A DNA stretch of 61,671 nucleotides, counting the filler, from Choristocarpus tenellus KU-1152 (lineage: Eukaryota > Protista > Phaeophyceae): the NCBI GenBank assembly GCA_964200185.2. It is 11 parts of 11 records of this genome, joined end to end, with 100 filler letters (N's around TTAATTAATTAA, not from the genome) between each part and the next. Parts side by side here need not be neighbours in the genome. Positions count along the whole stretch, not along the records: positions 26,758 to 31,919 come from CAXNAD020011660.1; positions 32,020 to 37,769 come from CAXNAD020009847.1; positions 37,870 to 43,965 come from CAXNAD020008948.1; 8 more parts are not named here. The stretch is one strand, 5' to 3'. Shown piece by piece: positions 26,816-39,759 of this stretch. The position numbers were made by a program, and so were the translations under genes. Position 1 is the stretch's first letter, and each line of letters opens with the position of its first letter. The notes under the pieces were generated by a model, which had not been told where the DNA came from, did no database searches, and saw only the letters and a list, made by a program, of their open reading frames with translations.

Positions 26816-27372
26816 GGTTGGCAGAAGCCATCAAATTCTAAAGTGAGGTTACCGCGGTTTTTTGACTAAGCTATGCGCACTTCTAGAATAAGATCAAGTA
26901 CAGCTTATGTAAGCAGTCATGTAACTGCCCAGTGCTGTCAAGGTCTTCCACACATGTCTAAGTAGGTCTCGAGCTCCTCAGCTCTACTATAATGTTGCTA
27001 GCAACGCACTAAAGTATACGAGAGGTACCCAGTTTTTGAATGCTATGCATGATAAGTCATTCTTTTCGATCTTTTGCACTTCACGCATAATTCATGGATC
27101 AAGTTCCGAGTTTGACTTGAGAGGGTTGATTTCTCTATTGTTTGGTTTTATATTTTGACACAATTCGGATAATAAAACTATACACTCATTAAGACTTGGT
27201 ATAACTAAGGATTCTTTTCGTAGTCCTTGGCCTTGTGGCTCAAACCCGTCACAACTATACCACGTGCCACACGCAACGTAACTGATCTAGGCATCATCCT
27301 GATCTAGCATGACCTCTGAGACTGCTGATGGGTCAAGAGTCGGGGGAATCCTTAGCATCACCGCCTCAGATC

Positions 27373-27696
27373 TGTTACACAGGCGATATGTCTTTATGGC
27401 GGTTTCATAAACACCATTATGACCTCGAAGTCCTGGATTTGATATATTTGTACTTCTTGACTATTTATTATTTGGTCATTATGGTCCCCAATTGTGAGAA
27501 GACATTGTTGACCAGTTCCTTTTTATGCGATGATATTAATGATAATCCAAGTGAGAGATCCAGCATACTTGACGACTTGTGCATCTGGAGTCCTATTACG
27601 TGCATCAGTATCATCTATAGGTCTGTAGNNNNNNNNNNGTCTGTAGATTGGAGCTATACATCCTGTGGAGGTAAGCTTCTGGAGCGCGCTGTAACA
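27373..27696. mobile_element. Solo LTR with 4-bp TSD GATC
   Basis: TGTTACA...TGTAACA with GATC on both sides. Its 3' end (TACATCCTGTGGAGGT...GCGCTGTAACA) is shared with 8780-9265. Contains a 10-N gap. Confidence 0.7.
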
Positions 27697-29471
27697 GATC
27701 TCCCAATGACATTGGGCACAGCAGCAAACGTCTGCTGACCTGGTTGACCAGATTGTCATCAACTGTCAAGATGAGTCAACCTGAGCATTCATACTCTGAT
27801 CAAAAGACAACAGTCCTCCAAGAAGGGAGAGAAGGGTATTGTGGTGATCGTGGGTAATTGACCTTGACTCTAGCTTGAAATAAGGTCGCTTCCTCTTGTA
27901 GGGAGCGGAAACGGTAACAGACAGGCTCTGTCGAGTAGGGAGTTGGATATGGTGCATCGACCAAAGAGGTGGTTTTGAAGGTGGAAAGAATAAGACATTA
28001 GCAACAGGGAAAGGAAGGGCAATTGGGGGGATTTACTACTTCTGCTAGGACACTGAGTGTGCTTGGGTTCCAGGAGGTGAAGGAAGAAGCTCTAAGGTAA
28101 ATTGTTCCTTCTTTAGATAGGAGGACTGGAGGGCACACAGCAGAGGTATTTTTGGTGGCACGGATGGGACGAGCTCAGAGATACAGGTGGGCATTTCTTT
28201 AAGTTCAGCATTCCATTTACTGGTCACAACAATGCATCTCGTTGGTAGGTTATGCATGATGCAATACCAACCTTTGAAAGCACTTGCACAAGGCAGAGTA
28301 ACTGGGAGGAGATACGAAACTTTCCCTCTCTTTCTCTTTTTCTGTCTCTCTCTCTCTATCTATCGACTGACATTACACAAGTGACTTGTAGTACGAATGG
28401 TATGACTGAGATGCACCTTTTGTGTCGCTCCTATTCAACGGGCATTCGATAGGCGTCCCTCAGTGGTGTGCTATTGACCTTATCGTGGTCAGAGCGGTCT
28501 CGTGCAAAGATCGAGTTGTCGAAGCATTACGAAATATAGGCAATCACCATAAAATAGCGACAGGGTGATACGGGGTTGCTAAGTCTTAGGTATGGCCGCA
28601 CCCGTTGACAAAAAAAGGTACTCCCACCATGGGACACTATCACCAGGAGTCCGCATCGCCATTCATTGCGAATGGTCAAATGTGTAACCACGGAGCCAGC
28701 TCGTAATCTACGAGCTTGTCTGCTTTCTACGCAGTGACCTCTCTGTGAGAAGAAAGTCAACATCAACGGCCAGTACAGTGGATGGTAATTCGACCAATAC
28801 CCACAACAACTTGACGATGTTCCACCTGAAGGGAGGACAAATTTTCTGCCGGAGTGAATTGGTGCAGCTCAGTTTGTAATGTCATGCTTACTAGGTTAGG
28901 ACTTGGAGAGCGCAAGAGATCTCACCCCTTTCCATATAAAGCTCTCCCGTTTGGTTGTGCATACTCTTCCGTCTCCACCTCACTTGCGGTGTCAATACAA
29001 AAATGATAATCAGAATCAGGGAAGCGAAGACGACAACCACCCTATCTGTTGTTGATGGAACCACCCCAACCCAACCCCAACCTGATTGGACCCAGGAATA
29101 TAGAGACAAGTATGTCACGCTCACAAAAACCGATATTTTGTTGGGTTGAGGGACGAGTGTATGGCGTGCGGTCAGTAAAGTGGTACCAATAACTAAGTAA
29201 TCTGGGAGCACTCTTGCTTTTTTTCATTGTCATGCCATAAAATGATACAGCAATATACACACCAAATGAAACCTTATGAGAAGAGGTTTTGAACAGACCT
29301 ATACATGAATGTACAAACCTCTGTGGACGGAAGATATGCCCCAATCACATGATAGCAAAAATGCCGAGGAACATGTGCGGCGCAACTTTGACCGTTACAA
29401 TTTGAAAAGGTACAAAAATGAAGTGGTTCACTGAACTCCACCATAAAAATAATGCGAGGTAGGTCACTGCC

Positions 29472-29732
29472 GATTCAAAGTATCTTAGAGGGTAATGCTG
29501 CGTCCGTGTTGGACCCAAAATCCAAGGTTGCGATTTGGATTTAATTTTGGCTATCGTGTTTGTTAGGAAGTGTCAACACCCTTGTTCCGGACACACCTAT
29601 TCATAACATACACATTTTACCTACTCCGAAATATTTAGGAGTAAGTATAAAAGATCATAGAAAACCTGTGGTAATCCAAGTCCGAAATGAACAAACAGGG
29701 AAAAACCCGTACCCTCTAAGATACTTTCAGAT
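29472..29732 (+). mobile_element. MITE family A
   Basis: Both TIRs present, termini slightly eroded; TSD (T)GCC. Confidence 0.88.
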
Positions 29733-29956
29733 GCCCGAACATGCCCGTGGCATTACTGACAAAAAAAGCAAGATTTACCGAGATCTTTCAGCATCATGTG
29801 CAGACAGGCTGTGAGTACACACACAGGTGACCCACACAGCAGCATGAAACACCACGGTGAGACAAGGAGAGGCGCCGAGGCCACTCTGCCCCCTGGATCT
29901 ACCCTCAGCACCTTCTCTGTCGAGAGGCGACAGAAGAGCAAGTACCGTGTGACACT

Positions 29957-30222
29957 GAGTGAAAGTATCTTAGAGGGTACGAGTTTTGCCCTGTTTGTCC
30001 ATTTGGTGCTTGGCTTCCCATGGGTTCTTTTATGACATTTTCTTACTCCAAAATGTTTCGGAGTAGGGAAAGTGTGTACACTATGAAAATGTGTGTCCGA
30101 AACATGGATATTGATACTTCCTAACAAAAAAGAAAAAAAATAGCCAAAGTTACATCAAAATCGCAACATTGGATTCTAGCCCTCAAATGGACGCGGCTCT
30201 ATCCTCTAAGATACTTTGGCTC
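29957..30222 (-). mobile_element. MITE family A
   Basis: Both TIRs present; TSD ACT (3 bp). Confidence 0.92.
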
Positions 30223-31134
30223 ACTCGGTGCGATGTTAGGTGACGAGAAAGTGTGTGTACTGTGGCGCAGCAGCACGATCAAATCTCGCAATGGACCACG
30301 ACACTGACGCTGCGAGAAGATACATGGAAAGTATTACCACAGAAACATGATTGGATCTTAAACCGCTGCAGAGCAGTGCTCTGCAGTCTATGCCGGCTCG
30401 CGAAAGCAGGAAGAGAGCGGCGTGTCTATCACCAGATGCTACAGGGACGAAGTCCGTGGGGAAGCCTGGTCACGGCGGGCGAAGCGAGAACCACGGTGGC
30501 CAGCCGAAGTGAAGGTTGGCGAAGAGGGCAACGCGACTGTGTGCTATTGCGCTCAGGAAATGTCTTACAAGCGAAATCCTGATTGTAGAATATCTTTGAT
30601 ATTGACAAAAAAAAATGTTCCTTTGAGCTTGAAACCAGGTGAGGATAGACAGACTGGTTGGCTCGTGTAGAAGTACTGCAAGAAGGTGTACACGCACCAT
30701 CTTGTCTAATTTAAGACGGCTGGCACTGGACCGGAAGCTGACAAGGAGTACAAGAAGTACAAGTCTCATATGCGCAACACACATCGAGAGGAGTTTTGGG
30801 TCTGCCACGAAAACAAATCGAACTTGTTCATCTCACCACCCACTTGTACCGTGGATGCACCCTGTGCTCCTCATTGCGGTTTGTCGAAACACAGTTCTGT
30901 CTTTCATTCAACGTTCCACACGTTGTGTACCTCACACGTAGCAAAGGTGTACCGTTAGTATACTTGAACCAAGTAACAGTGCACCAAAAAAGGTCCTGAA
31001 CGTCACGCACTGGTACAGCCGTACCTTGTATACTTCAATCAAGTAATGGTACCTATGTTGTCACCCTCGATGACCTACGATCAAGGGTTCGAAGCCCAGT
31101 ATGAGCGCTTTTTCTTGCAAAAAAAAAGAAAAAA

Positions 31135-31654
31135 GAGTCAAAGTATCTTTGAGGGTTGGGCCGTGTCCATTTGGGGTCCAAATTCCAATGTTGCGATCTT
31201 GTGTAATTTTGAGTGAAAGTATCTTAGAGGGTACGAGTTTTGCCCTGTTTGTTCATTTGGGGCTTACCTTCCCATGGGTTTGTTTATTCCATTTTCCTAC
31301 TCCAAAATGTTTTGGAATAGGTAAAATGTGTACGTTATGAAAAGGTGTGCCCGGAATAAGGATATTGACACTTCCTAACAAAAATGATAGCCAAAATTAC
31401 ATCCAAATCGTAACAATGGATTTTGGCTCCTAAATGGACGCGGTCTTACCCTCTAAGATACTTTGGTTCTTTGGCTATCATGTTTGTTAGAAAGTGTCAA
31501 TATCCTTGTTCCGGACACACCTTTCATAACGTATACATTTTACCTACTCCGAAACATTTTGGAGTAGGAAAATGTCATAAAAAGAGACCATGGGAAGCCA
31601 AGCCCCAAACCGACAAACAGGGGAAAATTCGTACCCTCTAAGATACTTTCAACT
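31135..31654 (+). mobile_element. MITE family A copy split by a nested, inverted family A copy
   Basis: 31135-31210 plus 31473-31654 rejoin to the family consensus (TAATTTT|GGCTATC). Confidence 0.9.
31211..31469 (-). mobile_element. MITE family A, nested inner copy
   Basis: Complete TIRs; TSD TTT (3 bp, judged against the consensus of the host copy). Confidence 0.9.
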
Positions 31655-31674
31655 AGAGATACTTTCAACTATAA

Positions 31675-31919
31675 GAGCCAAAGTATCTTAGAGGGTAGAG
31701 CCGCGTCCACTTGGGGTCCAAAATCCGATGTTGCGATTTTGATGTAATTGTGGGTATCGTGTTTGTTAGGAAGTGTCAATATCCATGTTCCGGACACACC
31801 TTTTCATAACGTATATATTTTACCTACTCCCAAATATTTTGGAGTAAGAAAACGGCATAAAAGAACCCATGGAAAGTCAAGCCCCAAATGGACAAAAAGG
31901 GCAAAACTCGTACCCTCTA
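31675..31919 (+). mobile_element. MITE family A, truncated at contig end
   Basis: Left TIR GAGCCAAAGTATCTTAGAGGGTA; runs into the linker within the right TIR. Confidence 0.9.
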
Positions 31920-32870
31920 NNNNNNNNNNNNNNNNNNNNNNNNNNNNNNNNNNNNNNNNNNNNTTAATTAATTAANNNNNNNNNNNNNNNNNNNNNNNNN
32001 NNNNNNNNNNNNNNNNNNNAAGAAAAAGCCTTTTTTTTGTTTTGCCTCAAATGCACACCCTGGTGTACTCCCCCCCCCCCCAATATATATATATATATAT
32101 ATATTGGGTCTTGTACCTGAGCTAGGGGGGATATAGGAAGAATAATTGTGGTTGAGATGACTGGGAGTAAAATATTAAATAATGTTTGGATTATTTTTTT
32201 ACCATGCCGGTCTCAGCACCTTTTACGACCTCACTATGAGTCGGCACTTGAGGTAAGGACCAATCCAGGTTGGCAGTTTTGGTGGCCTGACATCCTAGCC
32301 TCGGTAAGAGGTACATGTCCCCTTTTACAGAGAGTCTGCGGACGTCAAGAAGGGCGCGAGATATCTTGGCCCTCTGTTGCTTGAGTTCCTTACGTAACCC
32401 TGGCCCCAGTCGCCCAATTAGATCCCTGGACCTCAATCCCTGGAAAACCCTGGCATGAGCAAGCTGTTCGAGGAAGAGAATCTGGATGGCACGACAATGA
32501 AAGCGCCACATCTGAAAGCAGTGCTTGTGTGCATGCAATATCTCCCCATTTGAGGCCTCTTTCATCTGTGTAGATGCCTTCATGCCAGAGAAGGGTAGCG
32601 GTCGGTTGACTACCAGCTTCCACTGCCAGTTGCCCCCCCAGTTGCTCTTCAGGGTCAGAGCCCAGCACATCATAAGGGATGAGAACCAGAGAGGAATGTA
32701 ACGTTGGGTTAATATTTGTCTCCATCATTTGCTGGTCGTGAGGTGCATTTGGGCACCCATTCCATTCACCAAGCATGTATTGTTGTGTGAAGTAGACAAC
32801 ACCACTCTTTGGTGTTCAATAATGAAACGTTGGTCACTGACCAAAGGTGTTTGGATATCCACCAAACGAG

Positions 32871-33005
32871 TAAGTTCTTGTGTAGTAAGTTCTTGTGTAG
32901 TAAGTTCTTGTGTAGTAAGTTCTTGTGTAGTAAGTTCTTGTGTAGTAAGTTCTTGTGTAGTAAGTTCTTGTGTAGTAAGTTCTTGTGTAGTAAGTTCTTG
33001 TGTAG
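32871..33005. repeat. Perfect minisatellite (TAAGTTCTTGTGTAG)x9
   Basis: Nine identical 15-bp units, counted directly. Confidence 0.97.
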
Positions 33006-33233
33006 CCCCTCGCTAGTCGTCACCGCAACAGAAAAATGACAACAATTCATCCAAGCTCATTATTTTGAGCGCCTTACCAGTCTTTCGTAAACCACGCCCA
33101 CACCTATTCTGAACTTGATGTTTAACATCCCCTTGTAGAACAAGTTGTACACAATTGTCCTGAACAATTCCTTACATCTTATCTTGTCTGCCCAAGAAGT
33201 ATCTCCCTTACAGTCAATCTACAATGAGCTCTA

Positions 33234-33396
33234 GAGTGAAAGTATCTTGGTGCAAGTATACGTTATGAGAAGGTGTGTCTGAACAAGGATGTTGACACTT
33301 CCTAACAAACACAATAGCCAAAATTGCATCAAAAATGCAACATTGGATTTTGGTCCCCAAATGGATGCAGCTCTACCCTCTAAGATACTTTGATTC
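33234..33396 (-). mobile_element. MITE family A, internally deleted
   Basis: Both termini retained, about 100 bp of interior missing; TSD TCTA. Confidence 0.85.
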
Positions 33397-33432
33397 TCTA
33401 GCCATAACTAAAATGATCTGTATCCATTCACC

Positions 33433-36400
33433 TGCATGTCCATCACCCAAGTCGGTACAGGGGATTGTGGAGGTGCAATGTAGGAAGGTGCCATTGGGAC
33501 AAGCTTTGGATTGAGCGCAGCAGTCATTGGTCTTCCTGCAGCACTGGGGGTTGTGGCCCGTTGTATGCTACTATCTGAAAAAACCTTCGCAGCAGCCCCG
33601 CTATTTGAATTTGCTGAATTGCCCCCACTTCCTGTCCTTGGCCCAAACCAAGAGCTGGGCTCGATCCCTCTGCTGTTAGCCCCTAGGTTTGTGTCTACAC
33701 TAATGGCAGAGCCTCCTGCCATGTAGTCTGCAAGCGTCATGCCCAGAATACTATTGGAATCTTCCTCTTGCCCCTCTTCATGGAGGGACTCGTTTCCACT
33801 AGGTCCAGGGGAATGGTCACCACTGGCAGAGGTAAGAGTGGGGTTTGGAGTAGGGAGTGGTCGCCCCTCAGGACTCCCTGTCTCCTGTACAATCAGGGGA
33901 GGGGAGATCTAATTCACTCCAATCCAAGTTTGACAAGTGTGTAATTGGAAACGGTTCAAGAGTCATGCCATCGACAACATAACAAGTTTTGGGGTAGTTC
34001 CAACAATTGAAAAATGGCTGAAAGTATCTGGGGGGGGTGGCGGTTGTCCATTTGGGTTCAACTTTTTCATGTCACAATTTTTGGGTGATTTGGTGGCATA
34101 CGTTGGATGGATAATGTAAATGCACTTTTCCTGATTTTGACCCAAATGGACACCCTGGTGTAGACCCCCCCCCCCCTCCCCCCCCAGATAAATTGGTCCA
34201 GTAAGAGGTCTTAATGTATCATTGAGCCACTAGGATTTCATCGCCCTGAAACCTCCCTTACACCCTTAATCTTGCTAAACATTGCTTACTACGTGGATCT
34301 TTATGGAGACATCAAATAGTTTGAGTTACAAGAGGATATTTGTGATGGGGTTGCATACCAATGCCCGACTACTCTCAATATTAAGATTAATGTGGACACT
34401 TGTATTGGGTATGTGTAAGATTAATAGAAGAGAGCTGCATCACTCAACCTGGTGTTCTTATCTACAAAGATGAGATTTCGGAACGGGGTGCTTCTTCTGC
34501 CTCTGTTGCACCAACCCTACAGGGGAGAAGAACATGATCTCCTTGCTTAAATCCGCTGCAATATCAACACCATCCAGACATCCTTCCTCATCTCACCCTC
34601 CTTTCGTGCCTGTCTCGGAGGACGGCCCCTCGACCAAAGCTTATAATCTTGTCCACCAGATCTCTTTTCTCTATAGCAGAATGACCTTGACCAATCCCCA
34701 TCTTTTTCAAAGGTCGGGGTTTTCAAGGAGGGGAAAGGAATCATCAACGAAACCTGTTGACTCTCCATATAATATCACAGATTTTTCTCAGGAGAAGAGG
34801 CTCTATACCTACCAGAGACTTGCAGGGCACTTCAATCTTATGCAAGAATAAAGGAATACAATAGACAACAACCACACGGAAATGTTACTGTGAACGAAGA
34901 ATTTTCTCAAGATTCTCAGGCAGCTATCAATTACATTTCCCACCTCAAGTAATATTCCTTTCAGCTTTGACACGGACAAGGAACACAGCTCCTCCTCACT
35001 GAGCAAGCAAGGTTGGGACCCCTTGCCCGTTCCCGTTCTATCCTCTATAGACCCCTTTTTCCTTTCCCCTCTTCCCATTGCCTGTAGCCTATTCCGGTCA
35101 TCCTCATCCCCCACCCTGCTCTCAATTTCATCTAGGTTCGCTGTCACTGTGTGGATGGGAATTGTTGATTCTGGTGGTGGTGCTATCGATGGATGCCGTG
35201 AAAGTTTTGGGCATGCAGAGGAGCAATCCTGATCAAGGATCCATGCCCACTCCAACTAATAAATGAAAAAACATGGCATCAGAGAGGAGAGGATGGAGAG
35301 TTGGTGTGGTAGGCTATGCCTCAGCCTTGAAGTGTTAGGGCTAGGGATTGGTGCTGCGGTGGGAGTTAGGATGGAGGTGAGGTGGGTGGAGTGAGATTCT
35401 ATAAGACTTCGAGAAATTTGACTTCTGTATTTCTAACCAGAGAAAATAAATTATAAGCATGCGATGCGTTGGTGTGGTGCTGTAACAGGGGTAATGTTGT
35501 TCTATGATTCAGGGGCAGCAAAAATGGAACAAAGAAAAAAAAGGTAGTGACAACACGAAAATTCTGAACTTAGCATTGAGCCAGTGGTACAATTGAGGAT
35601 GACCTCGCCCTACGAACTGTCCCCTCCTTCTATTTTTTCCTGAGCTAGTCATCTTGACATGTATCAACGTGCTACTTACCATCAGTCTCATTGGCATGTC
35701 GATCTGGTAATTGTTGATTTAGCCTTAGCATGCCGACCATACTACAGTGCACCCATTGAATAAACACAGGTTGATAACGCAAAACCATTATATTACTGTA
35801 TTTTCTATTTCTAATCTTGTCATGAATCGCCATGTCCAAGCACATCAACCCCCTTGAGTGCGAGATTGATCGTTCCCAACTATCATATTCTTCAAGGACA
35901 AGTTGGGTTACTGCACTTGAAACACTCACATGCCGCCCCTTGAGCCCTGTCTTCTTCCCCTGTTGGTGTAATCTTATTCGCACAAACTAAGCTGGTAAGT
36001 GTGGTACAGGTCATAGAGTGGACAACAAAACATAAACGCTGCAGTGTGTGGCATGTACATCATGCTGCCAGGGGGGACATCAATAGCCCTCTGACATTAT
36101 AGAACATATTTGTGAAGAGATTTACGATCTCAACATGCCCTTGTGGAGGCACTACACTCTATACACCAAGAAATCTGGAGTGGTAGGATATTAAGGCCAA
36201 ACCCAGTTCGAGTTCTTGTACTAAAAACGACGTAGACGTTTTGCAGACACACCCACACAGTAGAACATTGTTCGAAGGTCCTTGTAATAAGGAGCTCTGA
36301 TTACTTCATATGAGTGATACATATTACCAATTGGAAAAAAAGATTAGTGTATTTTGCAGTACACCCTGTGTGTACAGTGCACTCTTATCTATATCCACTA

Positions 36401-37440
36401 GAGCAGTTGAGCTGCAAGTGCTAACGAATCTTAGCCAGACAAGTCAAACCAGTCAAGAGGTAGGTAGGGTTACATTTTAAGGATCCCAAGAAAGGGCACA
36501 AAAGATGTCGTTTTGTACAATTTCAGAAAGAGTTCTTGCTGAGTTGTGGTGTCAATTTGTGTGCGGAAAGGGGGGAACATTAACTTTGCGTTCACTATTG
36601 TGCACTTATGGTAATGAAAAACAGTATATTGTACGGAGCAAGAAAGATAGCTTGGAATACAAAGAGGTCCAAACCTGCCTACCTCTCATTTGGTTTGACC
36701 CTACATTCCCCTTTTGGAAAATTGAAAGTGTGTGCCTGTTAATTTCTTTGATGGAACTTCTCTCTGTCCTAACAAACAAAGCACAGCAGTGGAATGGGAA
36801 AGTATGCCGGCACCATGGTTGTTACTCCCACCTACTCACACTCATACTGCCGTTGCTGGACTCTAATTGCTTGAAGCGATTCTAGGCACCTCTTACAAGC
36901 TCCTGATTCCAGCGATTTTTACCGGAAGTCAGTCATGAATTGGAAGAAGGGTAGTCCATAAATCTCATTGCTTCCTGTTACCACATATTCGTTCCTCCTA
37001 CAGATTAAAGGAAGATAATTATGAAAAGTGTCCAATTTCATAGCACTCCTGAAGATGAGCTCCCCTAGCAAATTGTTTTGGTGAATGTCAGTCACAGCGA
37101 GGGAGTCCGCACCCCCGAGAGAAGAGACTTGAAATCCAATACGCTTCATGCAGGACTCCACTGACTAAAAGAGCACCTCTACTCTGACGTGAGAGCACGA
37201 TCATACCTGCTGACTGGCCAGACTCATGACAGAGTCCGACTTGCTCACCACTCCTCTCCCCTCCGCATCTGTAGACCCATGTGTTGTTTTCATCTCACCA
37301 CTTGAACCCCTGACCATCCTAGCTTCTTCAAGGCAGAGTTCTAGGCAACAAGCCATTCCCCCTGAGAAAATGGTCCAAATATTGCTGCTGAGGGAAAAAA
37401 ATCGACTGGGCTGACCATGCTGCGCAGGGGCAAGCCACAG
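33433..37440 (-). CDS. Multi-exon gene fragment with a SAP-like motif and low-complexity segments; boundaries uncertain
   Basis: Spliced reading LSEEELCSLSVSKLKGILLE|MGIGQGHSAIEKRDLVDKII (exons near 35250-34944 and 34702-34597). Further exon-like blocks at about 33885-33433 and 37400-37208. Confidence 0.5.
34016..34198 (+). mobile_element. MITE family B, complete
   Basis: GGCTGAAAGTATCTGGGG ... CCCCAGATAAATTGGTC; TSD not clear. Confidence 0.85.
36441..36701 (+). mobile_element. MITE family C, copy 2
   Basis: Colinear with 6574-6815; ends AAACCTGCCTACCTCTCATTTGGTTTGACCC. Confidence 0.65.
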
Positions 37441-37520
37441 ATTCCACAATATTCATCGAGGTGGGAGGGGGAGGCAGATGTGGATTTTCTTCTTCGGGAG
37501 AGGGGTTGAAGAGAGTGAGG

Positions 37521-37560
37521 TAACCCTAGCCCTAACCCTAGCTTTAGCCCTAGCCCTAAG
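37521..37560. repeat. Short degenerate telomere-like (CCCTAA/CCCTAG) tract
   Basis: TAACCCTAGCCCTAACCCTAGCTTTAGCCCTAGCCCTAAG. Confidence 0.55.
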
Positions 37561-37674
37561 TCCTGATGTATGACTGTAGCCCTAACTCTACTATGATATG
37601 CGTAGACGCACTGAGCCGGAGAGTGATTCAGTTTCCTTGAATTGACTTGTAGGTCATTTCTATTGGTGATGGCA

Positions 37675-37699
37675 GGTTCAAAGTATCTGGGGGGGGGGG

Positions 37700-37769
<70 letters not shown>

Positions 37770-37892
37770 NNNNNNNNNNNNNNNNNNNNNNNNNNNNNNN
37801 NNNNNNNNNNNNNTTAATTAATTAANNNNNNNNNNNNNNNNNNNNNNNNNNNNNNNNNNNNNNNNNNNNCCCCCCCCCAGATACTTTGACCC
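37675..37892. mobile_element. MITE family B termini with long G/C homopolymers flanking a linker
   Basis: GGTTCAAAGTATCTG(n) then poly-C; CCCCAGATACTTTGACCC after the gap. Confidence 0.75.
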
Positions 37893-39759
37893 TGTTGGTC
37901 CAACTAATGCAGACAGATTCAAGCAGTCCCGAAGGACAAGCCTACAATGGTATTTGGGCAACTTGAAACAGGGTCACTCCGATCAAGGACTGAGTAATAC
38001 CAATACAACAGGAGCGCTGTCCCTACAAAGGGATCAACAGCCGTCTCTGGTGAAACAAGCAAAGCCTGAAGGTTCATCTTGATCATACATAGGCTTATGA
38101 CTCCATCCAAGTTGTCAATATAAGAGTAGTCACAACATTGCATTTCTGAAAAAACTCTTGTTTCTAGTTAACAAATTATTGCCTGACTAGTGCCAATAAC
38201 TTTGGGAACTCCACGCCTTCTGTATCAATCCCCAAGTTCATTGAATAATGTTCCCACAGCAAAGTTTAATTTTATGGCTCTGCTACTGCTTCAGTGCATT
38301 AAAAAAATGTGTGTTTTTGACAATGCCTTAGATCCTCTTTTCCCACCTGAGGACGAAGGACTTGAGACTTTTTAGTAGCTCCTCTTGCCCCCTGTCCCTA
38401 TTCCTTCCCAGTACAAGTGAAGATATCATGCTAGGTGCTGATACTGTTACTGATGCAGGCTAAGAGGAGGGCGTTGGAAGACAAAGGAAGGGCCATGAAC
38501 CTGTCAATGATCGGTCCTAGCCATCTAAAGAAAGATGTATGGAGAAGTGGGAAGAGGGGTGGGGAAGGAAAGGGTTTTCCACCCTGCCTCCACACTCAAT
38601 TTATCTCCCAAATAATCTCTGCACGCTGAAGGATAGATGTCTACATCTGTCTACATTATTTGGAATCGTTATTAAGTCATCTTACCTTAGAGGGAAGTCT
38701 ATTTAGACCATTTTGAATACTTGGGACTTTCAATAGCTTCTATCCATCACACAGTTTCCCTTGAACAAAGTGCAGCTAACCCTCCTTAGGACCTTAGGCT
38801 GTGTTTGTAGAAGATGGGACGCAAGTTTGTCCATGTAAGACCAAAATCGCCAACCAGGGTTCTAGAAGCATGTGTACCAGAAGCCCGTCACCGAGATCCC
38901 AAATACTCAACGACACTCCCCTCTTAGAAAGGACGGCCCATTACCACCTCCCTTGAAGTTGCAAGTACTCTTCTTCCAAAAGATAACTTTCATGGTCAGG
39001 GGACCAAAGAACTGGCAACGAGGCCGAAATGCTGCAATTTTAACTGGTGGTTGAGATATAAACATCAAAGCTTCAACGCTCTGCAATATGTGGACAGTCT
39101 GTTTATTTGCCTATGAAGAGTGGTGTGTGTGACCCCAACCCAGAGGAAGTGACCATTGCTCAAATCGTTTGGTATGGGTGAGACGGTCAGCAAAATGTTT
39201 GCATGCTACGGGAAGAGAAAGAAAATTGGAGCTACCATCCATACAACACTCTGAACTACCCTGGGTTCTGTGAAGTACCTGTTCATGCTGATTCAACCAT
39301 ACCCTGACATGGTGGAAATAGTTTTTTTTGGCTTAGCAACAAACTAACCTGAAGCATTTAACAGTTGGTTTTAGGTAACTTCTGAGAGTAACCGAGATAT
39401 CCTGTTGTTTAAGGTCACATGGACTCTCTATTGTATCGTTTTTTCATGATTAACTGTTTGATATTCTTGAAGGGTGCATCTGTTGGGAGCATGGGTGAGG
39501 TTGCTTATCATCTCCATCTCATGTGAACGTTCACTCCTGTGGGTATCAGTTTTGATAACAAGGTGAACTCTCCATCAATCTTAAAGTATAGAATGATGGT
39601 ACTTGTCGGCCTTTCGCTTTGTACTACCTTCCCTTCCCCTATATCCTCCTACTTTCAGGTTTCTTTATCCTGTCCCTGGGCTTACTACTGATCAAAACCC
39701 GTGCCGTAAGGCTGTCAACTTGATGTGCACTCCCCTCTTCACCTGTCCCTAAGCCACGA

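Noticed and set aside
32729-33050. Repeat-protein ORFs (SSCVV/SKFLC/HKNLL) or a CRISPR array
   Set aside because: These are by-products of a 15-bp minisatellite. There are no spacers, no cas genes, and the context is eukaryotic.
37689-37769. Poly-G followed by about 65 C as a G-quadruplex or hairpin element
   Set aside because: It lies at a contig end inside a MITE-B homopolymer, so the length is probably a sequencing or assembly artefact.
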